Assembly: GCA_037446215.1 (NCBI GenBank)
Contig: JBBIJB010000038.1
Location: forward strand, 1-21,468
Direction: 5' to 3'
DNA length: 21,468 nt
Origin: Armatimonadota bacterium
GTDB taxonomy: Bacteria > Sysuimicrobiota > Sysuimicrobiia > Sysuimicrobiales > Humicultoraceae
Part shown: piece after piece, positions 8,961 through 16,780 of the stretch
Layout of the letters: each line of letters starts with the position of its first letter
How positions within the stretch are numbered: position 1 is the first letter of the stretch
Notes under the pieces: model-generated
What the model was told of the DNA's origin: nothing
The model's input: the letters and a program-made list of their open reading frames with translations, nothing else
Database searches by the model: none
Translations under genes and position numbers: made by a program

Positions 8961-9470
8961 CTAGAATCTCGCGTCCGGGCCGATCGGCTCGAACGTGACC
9001 GGGCTGATCTTCCTCAGCTGCTGGATGCCGCTCTGCTGCATCGTGCCCAGGTGCTGCACGATGACCGACCTGTCTACATCCTTGCGGAACGGTTCGGTCA
9101 GCGGAGAGGCCAGCAGTATGCCCACACCGGCCATGGCGACGGCGGCCGCCTTGAGCAGGCCGGCGAAGATACCCAGGGTCTGGGCATGGGATCCTGGGCG
9201 CTTCGCCCCCGGCATGATGCTGATCAGGACGGCGAGCAGCAGGTAGAACAGGCTGAAGGAGAGGAGGAACCCGATCAGGCGCGCCCACTCGGCAGGGAGG
9301 GGCGTTCCCACAACCAGGTACCCCCCCACGTGGGGAAGCACGATCGCCGCGCCGACGTAGGCCACGACGACCGCCACAGCTCCGAGCAGTGCGGCCACCA
9401 CGCCCTTGAGCATCCCCTGCAGGGCGAACCCGAGCGCCATAGCCAGGGCGATCCAGTCAAGCCAGGTCAT
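8961..9470 (-). CDS. cvpA: CvpA (colicin V production) family membrane protein
   Basis: MTWLDWI...QGMLKG N-terminus, about 4 hydrophobic segments, LGIFAGLLKA motif, and the typical position between pheT and polX. ATG 9470 follows GGGGGGTGG. Confidence 0.8.
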   Translation of the reverse strand: MTWLDWIALAMALGFALQGMLKGVVAALLGAVAVVVAYVGAAIVLPHVGGYLVVGTPLPAEWARLIGFLLSFSLFYLLLAVLISIMPGAKRPGSHAQTLGIFAGLLKAAAVAMAGVGILLASPLTEPFRKDVDRSVIVQHLGTMQQSGIQQLRKISPVTFEPIGPDARF

Positions 9471-9507
9471 GTGCCACCCCCCCTGCTGCACTCCTCCTGC
9501 CGGGCCG

Positions 9508-11568
9508 CTAGCCCCTGATCGAAACCGGGAGGCGCGCCGGCAGCGACGCGTAGATCGCCGCCATCAACCGGTCGACCTCGTCTCCGGTCAGGGTTCGGTC
9601 CTGAGCCCGGAAGCTGAGGGCATAGGCCAGGTTGCGCGAGCCCGGCTCCAGCGGGGGCCCGCTGTAGGCATCGAACAGCTCGGCCGACTCGAGCAGCGGG
9701 CCTGCCGCCTCGCGCAGCGCCTCTCGAACCACCGCGTGGGGCAGCGTCCGGGGCGCCACTATCGCCACGTCCCTGTGGACCGCCGGGTACCGCGGGAGGC
9801 CGGAGAACTGCGGCTGCAGGAGTGCCCTCTCGAGGAGCAGATCGAGGTCGAGCTCGGCCACGTAGGCGCGGCCGGGAATCTCGAACCGCGCGGCCACCGC
9901 AGGGTGCAGCTCTCCCATGGCGCCCATCTCTGCCTCGCCGACGCGGACTGTGCCCGACCTTGCCGGATGGAGCCAGGCCGGCCCGCCCGGCTCCACGACT
10001 ACCGCGCCGGCCTTCATCTCATCTACCAGTCCCTCGAGCACCCCTGTCAGGTTGGCCAGCGCCGACTCCCGGGGCACACCTCCCTGCCAGAATCCAATGA
10101 GGTAGTCGCCCCACATCACGACGGCCAGCGAACGGCGTTCGGCGATTCGCGTCCCCTCGTGACGGAAGATCCGGCCGATCTCAAAGAAGTGTACGGCCTT
10201 CCGCCTGCGGGCGATGTTCAGGCGAACTGCCTCCAGCAGCCCGGGCAGCAGCGCCGGGCGGAGGTGGGTGTGCTCGGCTGCGAGCGGATTGGCTATGGGC
10301 ACAACGCTTCGCCACGGGTCTTCGGCCGTGAGCCCGAGACGCTCGAGCAACTGGCCCCCGGTGAGAGAGACGGTCACGGCCTCCACGAGGCCGAGCCTGA
10401 TGAGCGCGTCCCTGGCCGCCGACTCCGCCTCGAGCCGCGGCGGCCGCCTGCCCTGGTTGGTGAGCTCGTGGGGCATCGCTTCGGGGATCCTCTCGTACCC
10501 GAAGTGGCGCGCCACCTCCTCGATCAGGTCCTCCTCGCGCTCCAGGTCCCTCCTGCCGACCGGGGGCGTGGCGTAGATCCTACCGTCCTCCATCCGGGAG
10601 TCGACTCCGAGCCGCGAGAGGATCTCCACCGCCTCGCCGGCGGGGATCTCGACTCCGAGCAGCCGTCTCGCGCGGTCCGGGCGCATCGCTATAGGCTGCC
10701 TGGAGGTCGGATGTGGATAGGCGTCGGTCCTGGGCCCGACGGTCTGGGCCCCGCACAGCTCTGCGATCAGCGAGACGGCGCGGTGGGCCGCCCGGGCCAC
10801 TCCCTCCGGGTCCATTCCCCGCTCGAAGCGGGCGCTCGCGTCGGTCCGCAGGCCGAGCTTCCTGCTGGTCCGCCGCACGCTCGCCGGCGAGAACGCCGCG
10901 GCCTCGAGCAGCACCGCGCGCGTGTCGGGCCTGATCTCGGTCCGCAGTCCGCCCATGATCCCTGCAAGCGCCACCGGGCGGTCGGCGTCGGCGATTACCA
11001 GCATCGAGGGCTCGAGCAGACGCTCCACTCCGTCCAGGGTGACGAGGCTCTCCCCGACCCCGGCCCTACGAACCACTACCCGGCCTCCTGCCAGGGTGTC
11101 GTAGTCGAAGGCATGGAGCGGCTGCCCCCACTCCAGCATCACGTAGTTGGTGGCGTCCACCACCGAGTTGATCGGGCGGACGCCCGCAGCCTCGAGGCGC
11201 GAGGCGATCGCAGGCGGCGAGGCCCCGACCGTCACCCCTGTGAGGAGACAGGCGATGTAGCGCGGACAGAGGGCGGGGTCTTCTATCTCCACCGGGATCG
11301 GCGGCAGGCCAGCGGCCTCGCTCCAGCGGGGCTCCCCGTCGGGGATCCTGATCCCTCGCCGGCCCCAGGCCGCGATCTCGTGGGCTATCCCGATCAGGCC
11401 CAGCAGGTCGGGCCGGTTGTAGGCTATCTCGAGGTCGAGCACGGCATCGTCGCCGTGTCCCGAGATCCCTTCCACACCCAATCCCAGCATGGGCAGCCGC
11501 TCCGCGAGCTCCTCGGCGCCCTCGGGCAGGTCAACGTAGTCCCGCAGCCACCTTATCGGCACACCCAT
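9508..11568 (-). CDS. pheT: Phenylalanine--tRNA ligase beta subunit (short form, 686 aa)
   Basis: WLRDYVD, NRPDLL, CPRY, VDATNYVMLEWGQPLHAFD, TDASARFERG, RRDLEREEDLIEEVAR, YPAVHRD, FRAQDRTLT. ATG overlaps the pheS stop (TGATG). Confidence 0.96.
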   Translation of the reverse strand: MGVPIRWLRDYVDLPEGAEELAERLPMLGLGVEGISGHGDDAVLDLEIAYNRPDLLGLIGIAHEIAAWGRRGIRIPDGEPRWSEAAGLPPIPVEIEDPALCPRYIACLLTGVTVGASPPAIASRLEAAGVRPINSVVDATNYVMLEWGQPLHAFDYDTLAGGRVVVRRAGVGESLVTLDGVERLLEPSMLVIADADRPVALAGIMGGLRTEIRPDTRAVLLEAAAFSPASVRRTSRKLGLRTDASARFERGMDPEGVARAAHRAVSLIAELCGAQTVGPRTDAYPHPTSRQPIAMRPDRARRLLGVEIPAGEAVEILSRLGVDSRMEDGRIYATPPVGRRDLEREEDLIEEVARHFGYERIPEAMPHELTNQGRRPPRLEAESAARDALIRLGLVEAVTVSLTGGQLLERLGLTAEDPWRSVVPIANPLAAEHTHLRPALLPGLLEAVRLNIARRRKAVHFFEIGRIFRHEGTRIAERRSLAVVMWGDYLIGFWQGGVPRESALANLTGVLEGLVDEMKAGAVVVEPGGPAWLHPARSGTVRVGEAEMGAMGELHPAVAARFEIPGRAYVAELDLDLLLERALLQPQFSGLPRYPAVHRDVAIVAPRTLPHAVVREALREAAGPLLESAELFDAYSGPPLEPGSRNLAYALSFRAQDRTLTGDEVDRLMAAIYASLPARLPVSIRG

Positions 11569-12551
11569 CAGAACTGCTCCAGCAGCCGGAGGTCGTTCTC
11601 CCAGAGCAGGCGGATGTCGGGGATGCCGTAGCGCACCATCGCCGGCCGGTCGATGCCGAGCCCGAACGCGAAGGCCGTGTACCGCTCGGGGTCTATCCCC
11701 GCCATCTCCAGGACGCGCGGATGGAACATGCCGCACCCTCCGAGCTCCAGCCAGCGCCCCATGAAGGAGACCGATAGCTCGGCGCTCGGCTCCGTGAACG
11801 GGAAGTAGCCGGGTTGGAAGCGGGTCCGCGCGTCCTGACCGAACATCTCCCGCGCGAAGGCGGCCAGCACACCCTTCAGGTCCGCAAACGAGATCGCCTC
11901 ACCCACCATGAACCCGTCCACCTGGTGGAAGACGGGCATGTGGGTCGCGTCGACGGCGTCCCGCCGGTAGCAGCGGCCGCTGGTGAGGATCCGCATCGGG
12001 GGCTTCCTCGCCGCCATCACGTGGGTGTCGACGACCGTGGCGTGGGTTCGCAGCAGCAGGTCGTCGGTGAGGTAGAAGGTGTCCTGTGTGTCGCGGGCAG
12101 GGTGATCGCGAGGCATGTTCAGCCTGCCGAAGTTGTACTCGTCGGCCTGGACCTCGTCGCCCTCGACCACCTCGAAGCCGAGTCCGACGAAGATGCGCTC
12201 GATCTCGTCGAGGGTTCGGCGCAGGACGTGGCGCCGCCCCAAGGGACCCCTCCGGCCCGGCAGCGTGACGTCGAGGCGCTCCGATTCGAGCCGCCGTTGC
12301 TCCTCGATAGCCGCGAGATCACGCGCCCTCTCATCAAAGGCGGCCTCGATCGAAGCGCGGGCCTCGTTGAGCCTGGCGCCCCGCGCGGCACGCTCGAACG
12401 GCGGCAGCGACGGCAGGCCGCTGAGCATCGCGGCGAGCCGGCCCTTGCGTCCGAGCACCCTCCGTCGCAGCGACTCCACGGCATCCAGCGTGCCGGCTGT
12501 CGGCAGCTCGGCCCGGGTCTCGATCAGGAGGAGGTCGATGTCGTCGGTCAA
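11568..12551 (-). CDS. pheS: Phenylalanine--tRNA ligase alpha subunit
   Basis: DVTLPG, HPARDTQDTFY, LRTH, YRRDAVDATH..FHQ, YFPFTEPS, FAFGLGIDR, DIRLL.END.R.L.QF. Likely TTG start at 12551 after GGAGGTG. Confidence 0.97.
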   Translation of the reverse strand: MTDDIDLLLIETRAELPTAGTLDAVESLRRRVLGRKGRLAAMLSGLPSLPPFERAARGARLNEARASIEAAFDERARDLAAIEEQRRLESERLDVTLPGRRGPLGRRHVLRRTLDEIERIFVGLGFEVVEGDEVQADEYNFGRLNMPRDHPARDTQDTFYLTDDLLLRTHATVVDTHVMAARKPPMRILTSGRCYRRDAVDATHMPVFHQVDGFMVGEAISFADLKGVLAAFAREMFGQDARTRFQPGYFPFTEPSAELSVSFMGRWLELGGCGMFHPRVLEMAGIDPERYTAFAFGLGIDRPAMVRYGIPDIRLLWENDLRLLEQF

Positions 12552-12621
12552 CCCGCACACCTCCGCGGTGTCTGAAAGCCGCACTCTGACGGCGTTACAG
12601 CCGATGGGCCCGGCTGGCGAG

Positions 12622-12651
12622 AGTATAGCACGCGCCCGAACGGAATGACAA
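12622..12651 (-). promoter_or_regulatory. Putative sigma70/sigmaA promoter for pheST operon
   Basis: TTGTCA (12651-12646), 18 nt spacer, TATACT (12627-12622) with extended -10 TG (TGCTATACT). Confidence 0.7.
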
Positions 12652-12665
12652 CCGAAGCGGCCGCC

Positions 12666-14036
12666 CTACCGACGCTGCCCGGAAGCGGGCACTACACCTC
12701 TCGGCGCACCAGCGCCGATCCTGCGCGTCCTCGCTACCGGCTGATAGGTGCTCACCGCGACGGTCTCGATCGACGGATCACCCCCTACCCCCTCGACGAT
12801 CCGCAGCGTTCGGACACGCAGGCCGCTCTTGGGCGGCTCGACCACTATCTCTCCCTCGGGCATCAGGGGGTCTCTCTTTGTGACGGTTCCGGGGGGGGGA
12901 GGCAGAACCACGGGGTCCACCGCCGTCACGCGCACCTTCCTGCCCTCCTGCCTGGGGCCGTAGAGGGTCACGGTGATCGTCCGCCTCCCAACCTCGGTCC
13001 AGAGGAACAGGTGGCTGCCCGTGGTGTTGCGCAGGACCAGATCGATCAGCCCGTACTCGACCGCCGCGTCCCGGCCGGCGGGCAGGTAGGGCACCGGCCG
13101 CGAGTGGTTGGTGCGGCTCTCTGTCGCCATGCCGGCCAGCACGGCGGCGTTAAACAGGGTGGAGGAGACCTGGCATACCCCGCCGCCGTCGCCGGGAACC
13201 AGATCGTTGTCGATCAACACCGGCGCCTTCAGGTAGCCCCTTGCCGCGTCCCTCGGCCCGACGCGCTTATTGAACGACAGGGTCGACCCCGGCGGGATCA
13301 AGGCACCCCTCAAGGCGGCCGCGGCCAGCCTGATGTTGTGAATCCTGTCGGGGTTCGCGCCGAACCGGGTGGTGAACTGAGCCACCGGCTCCGCCATGCC
13401 GTCGGCGGCCTCGGTTGTGAAGTCGGGCCTGCGAAGCTCGACGGCCAGGACTACCTCGGGCAGGCGTTGTTCGATCGCCTCGACCACACGTACCAGCGAC
13501 GCGGCCTCATCCACGGCCACCCCGTCCTGGCTCGGGCCGACTACCACGAGCCGGCCCTCCGCCACCTCCACCCTGGCGTCCCTGGCCTCAACGGCGACGA
13601 CTCCGGCGATCCTGGCCACGGAGGCCGCGGCCGCCTCTGAGCGGTGGAGATACCGGACGCGCACCGCCACCGGGCGGCGCAGGAGCGCCATCCGTGCCAG
13701 GAGCCGCGCACCCGGGCCTCCGCGCCGGCCCACGGAGAGCGCCTCGCCGGCGGTTCCCTCGACGTCGGCCTCCAAACCGAGCTCCCGGGCGGTGACGACG
13801 AACTCCAGCCCTGCGCCGCGCACCACCACCGGGCGGGACAGCTCAGGCTCGGAGAGGCCGGCGACGGCACGGCGCAGCCCCGCAGCGTCCATGCCTCCCA
13901 CCGCCGCCGTCCCAATCGTCACGCCGGGAAGGGCCCGGCCGCGGTAGCCCAACTCCGTGGCACCCACCCAGGCAAAGGTCCCGATGGAAAGGGCTGCCAG
14001 CAGGCCCGCCCCGATGAGGAGCAGGAGCCGGCTCAG
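12666..14036 (-). CDS. VanW-family membrane-anchored protein (YoaR-like; PG-binding region, VanW domain, G5-like tail)
   Basis: N-terminal hydrophobic anchor, then RIHNIRLAA, SFNKRVGPR, GGGVCQVSSTLFNA, RTNHS..V.Y.PAGRDAAV, DL...N motifs. Start uncertain: CTG 14036 proposed, ORF track ATG 14159. Confidence 0.88.
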   Translation of the reverse strand: MSRLLLLIGAGLLAALSIGTFAWVGATELGYRGRALPGVTIGTAAVGGMDAAGLRRAVAGLSEPELSRPVVVRGAGLEFVVTARELGLEADVEGTAGEALSVGRRGGPGARLLARMALLRRPVAVRVRYLHRSEAAAASVARIAGVVAVEARDARVEVAEGRLVVVGPSQDGVAVDEAASLVRVVEAIEQRLPEVVLAVELRRPDFTTEAADGMAEPVAQFTTRFGANPDRIHNIRLAAAALRGALIPPGSTLSFNKRVGPRDAARGYLKAPVLIDNDLVPGDGGGVCQVSSTLFNAAVLAGMATESRTNHSRPVPYLPAGRDAAVEYGLIDLVLRNTTGSHLFLWTEVGRRTITVTLYGPRQEGRKVRVTAVDPVVLPPPPGTVTKRDPLMPEGEIVVEPPKSGLRVRTLRIVEGVGGDPSIETVAVSTYQPVARTRRIGAGAPRGVVPASGQRR

Positions 14037-14827
14037 GATGGTCCACCCCGCGTGCGCCTGATCTGCCTGCGGACCTCGAACAGCAGGATGCCGGCGGCGA
14101 CCGAGACGTTCAGCGATCCGACCGCCCCGTGCATCGGGATCCTGAGCAACCTGTCGCATCGCTCGCGCACCAGGCGCGAGAGGCCCGCTCCCTCTCCGCC
14201 CAGCACGAGCGCCAGCGGCGGCAGCAACTCCGCCTCGAACAGCTCCTCGGCCGCTCCTGGATCGGCTCCGACTACCCAGACGCCCTCGCGCTTGAGCAGC
14301 TCCACGGCCGACGCCATGTTGGCCACCTGCGCAACCGGCATGTGCTCGACCGCCCCTGCCGAGGACGCCGCCGCCGCCGCGGTCAGGCCGGCACTGCGGT
14401 GGCGGGGGATCACGACGCCATGGGCCCCGGCCGCATCTGCGGAGCGCACGATCGCTCCGAGGTTGCCCGGATCCTGAACGCCGTCCAGCAGGATCAGGAA
14501 AGGCGGTTCAGAGCGGGCACGCCCCGCCTCGAGCACCTCCTCCAGCTCGACCGTCCGGTGGGCCGCGGCGATCGCCACCACGCCCTGGGGCGCCCGGGTC
14601 TGGGCGATGCGCTCGAGAACCCCGGGCTCGACCTCCTGGACCGGGATCCCCCTCTGGCGGGCCGCGGCGATCAACTCGTGGACCGAGCGGTCCCCCGACG
14701 CGGCCCTGGAGACCACCAGCCTGCGCAGCGGCCGTCCGGCGCGGAGGGCCTCCCGCACGGGATGTCGGCCCTCGATCTGGGCGTCGCCGCCTAGGGCGTC
14801 CCTTCGCGTCTGGGCGCGGCGCGCCAT
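14033..14827 (-). CDS. rlmB: 23S rRNA Gm2251 2'-O-methyltransferase (SpoU/TrmH family)
   Basis: GRHPVREAL, PQGVVA, LDGVQDPGNLGAIVRSA, LGGEGAGL, IPMHGAVGSLNVSVA; located downstream of cysS. Confidence 0.93.
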   Translation of the reverse strand: MARRAQTRRDALGGDAQIEGRHPVREALRAGRPLRRLVVSRAASGDRSVHELIAAARQRGIPVQEVEPGVLERIAQTRAPQGVVAIAAAHRTVELEEVLEAGRARSEPPFLILLDGVQDPGNLGAIVRSADAAGAHGVVIPRHRSAGLTAAAAASSAGAVEHMPVAQVANMASAVELLKREGVWVVGADPGAAEELFEAELLPPLALVLGGEGAGLSRLVRERCDRLLRIPMHGAVGSLNVSVAAGILLFEVRRQIRRTRGGPS

Positions 14828-16338
14828 CGCGAGCCTCCGGGAAGGTCCTCCACGGTGATTCCGAGCCGGGCGAGGCTACTCCGGATCGAGTCGGCAACGT
14901 CGAAGCGCCTGGCCTGGCGGGCCCGGTCCCGGGCCGCGAGGATGGCCGCCAGGGCTTGCTCGGCACTCGAGGCGCCACCAGTGCCTCCCTCTACCTCCCT
15001 TGCGCCCGAAAAGAGGGAGGGTTCACGCAGGCGCCACTCCTCGAGAAGCACCGCGAGCTCCGCCCCGGCTTGCGGCAGCGCCGAGGGAGGGGCCACCTGC
15101 AGACCGAGGACGCCCGCGAGCCGGCGCAGCGACCGCGCGGCCTCGCCAAGCCCCCCTGCCTGGGAGAGCTCACCTTGAAGGGTGGATGCCGCGGAGCGGT
15201 TGATCTCCGAGGCCAGATCGAACAGCGAGGCGACCGCCTGCGGCGTGCCGATGTCGTCGTCCATGGCCCGCTCGAACGCCTCCCTCGCCTGGGTCGCCAC
15301 GGTCGAGAGGGGGCCCTCGGCTGCGATGCCTGGGGCCCGCGCAAGCGCGTCGTCCGCGTTGGCCAGCGCGGTCCGGAGGCGTTCCAACCCCCTGCCGGCC
15401 GCCTCGACCGCGTCATCGGTCCACCGCAGCGGGGTCCTGTAGTGCGCGGAGAGTATGAACAACCGGATCACGTCCGGCTCGTAGCGATCGAGCGCCTCCC
15501 TGATAGAGACGAAGTTGCCGAGATGGCGGTGCATCTCGTCGCCCACCGGCGGCTTCATCAGGGCGTTGTGCAGCCAGAAGCGCGAGAACGGCGCCTTCCC
15601 GGTGTAAGCTTCGGACTGGGCGATCTCGTTCTCGTGATGGGGAAACCTCACGTCGTCGCCGCCGCCGTGCAGATCTATCTGCTCGCCCAGGAACTGCATC
15701 GACATCGCGGAGCACTCGATGTGCCACCCGGGCCGACCCGGTCCCCAGGGACTCTCCCACGACGGCTCGCCGGGCCTGGCCGCCTTCCAGAGGGCGAAGT
15801 CCATCGGGTGCTCCTTGCGCTCGTCCACCTCGATCCTGGCCCCTGCCTGCATCTGCTCGAGCGAGCGCCCCGACAGCCGACCGTAGCCCGGGAACGAGGT
15901 CACGCGGAAGTACGCGTCGCCGTCAACAACGTAGGCGTGGCCCCGCTCGATCAGCCCGAGAACGATCTCGATCATCTTCGGGATGACGCCGGTGGCGCGT
16001 GGGTAGTGGTGCGCGCGTTGTATGCCGAGCGCGTCCATCTCCTCCAGGAACCTGGAGATGTACTCGTCGGCGATCTCGAGGATGCTGCGGCCCTCCCCCC
16101 TGGCGCGCTCGACTATCCTGTCCTCGATATCAGTGAAGTTCTGGACGTGGAGAACCCGGAACCCCCTGTACTCGAGATAGCGGCGAAGCACGTCGAAGAA
16201 GGTGTAGGAGAGGGCATGGCCGACGTGGGCCGGTCCATAGAGGTTTGGCCCGCACACGTACATCCGCACCTCACCGTGCGCAAGCGTCACGAACCTCTCC
16301 TTGCGTCGCGTCAGCGAGTTGTACAGCTCCAGGTTCAT
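14791..16338 (-). CDS. cysS: Cysteine--tRNA ligase (divergent KMSKS loop)
   Basis: MYVCGP, HVGH, DFALWK, W.SPWGPGRPGWHIECSAM, FPHHENE, HYR, AMDDD..TP.A, AD.IR motifs; GAGGAG RBS. Confidence 0.95.
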   Translation of the reverse strand: MNLELYNSLTRRKERFVTLAHGEVRMYVCGPNLYGPAHVGHALSYTFFDVLRRYLEYRGFRVLHVQNFTDIEDRIVERARGEGRSILEIADEYISRFLEEMDALGIQRAHHYPRATGVIPKMIEIVLGLIERGHAYVVDGDAYFRVTSFPGYGRLSGRSLEQMQAGARIEVDERKEHPMDFALWKAARPGEPSWESPWGPGRPGWHIECSAMSMQFLGEQIDLHGGGDDVRFPHHENEIAQSEAYTGKAPFSRFWLHNALMKPPVGDEMHRHLGNFVSIREALDRYEPDVIRLFILSAHYRTPLRWTDDAVEAAGRGLERLRTALANADDALARAPGIAAEGPLSTVATQAREAFERAMDDDIGTPQAVASLFDLASEINRSAASTLQGELSQAGGLGEAARSLRRLAGVLGLQVAPPSALPQAGAELAVLLEEWRLREPSLFSGAREVEGGTGGASSAEQALAAILAARDRARQARRFDVADSIRSSLARLGITVEDLPGGSRWRAAPRREGTP

Positions 16339-16371
16339 TGCCGTGCTCCTCCTCTGGGTCGTTCCCAGGAT

Positions 16372-16779
16372 CTACCGGAGTCGCGTCACCACGACCGCGT
16401 CGAGCTCTGCGCACACCTCCCAGTCGTGGCGGGCTCTCATCGTGAGGGGGTCGAAGCGGCGCAGGCGGTGCAGGTCGTATGCCCCCCGGTCCGTGAGCAC
16501 CCTGTGATAGGCAACACCGTGCTCCCTGCGGGTCGCGAAGACCCGCTCGATCAAGAAGAACTCCGGCCCGCGCCAGAACCCGACCAGCCGGGGGCGGAAG
16601 GCGAGGGGTCTGTCCACCTCTACCGTAATCGGCTCGCTGAGCTCCCGGCGGTGTATGAGCAGAAGGTCGGTGTCCGGTCTGCCGCTCGCGGCCAAACGGC
16701 CTCCGCCGCCCCCGCCCTTCCCTGGAGCGCGGCCGGCCGGCGCCCTGCCGGCGCGCCGAGATCGAGATTGGGCTCCCAT
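16372..16779 (-). CDS. Hypothetical protein, possibly DUF6504-like
   Basis: Fills the ispDF-cysS gap, with ATG 1 nt after the ispDF stop. The core (EPITV...FWRG..F.IERV...YHRV.TD.G.YDL...W.V...D) resembles the DUF6504 pattern from memory. Basic/Gly-rich N-terminus. Confidence 0.6.
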   Translation of the reverse strand: MGAQSRSRRAGRAPAGRAPGKGGGGGGRLAASGRPDTDLLLIHRRELSEPITVEVDRPLAFRPRLVGFWRGPEFFLIERVFATRREHGVAYHRVLTDRGAYDLHRLRRFDPLTMRARHDWEVCAELDAVVVTRLR

Positions 16780-16780
16780 G

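Noticed and set aside
8950..9288. N-terminal extensions of polX (also pheT to 11736, radA to 21117, PIN/TRAM to 19196)
   Set aside because: They overlap upstream genes or promoters. Family similarity begins at the downstream starts, which have an RBS or stop-start coupling.
9406..11631. 741-aa + strand ORF, and similar long ORFs at 2941-4311, 7201-8334, 14956-16968 and 17865-19163
   Set aside because: They lie antisense to clearly identified genes, have no recognisable motifs, and are expected from stop-codon scarcity in high-GC coding DNA.
12891..12899. 9-nt G/C homopolymer in the VanW gene as a phase-variation tract
   Set aside because: It encodes part of LPPPPG in an intact frame, is unremarkable at this GC content, and shows no evidence of slippage.
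12666..14036. VanW as evidence of vancomycin resistance
   Set aside because: VanW-domain proteins are widespread, and no vanHAX/vanRS genes are present.
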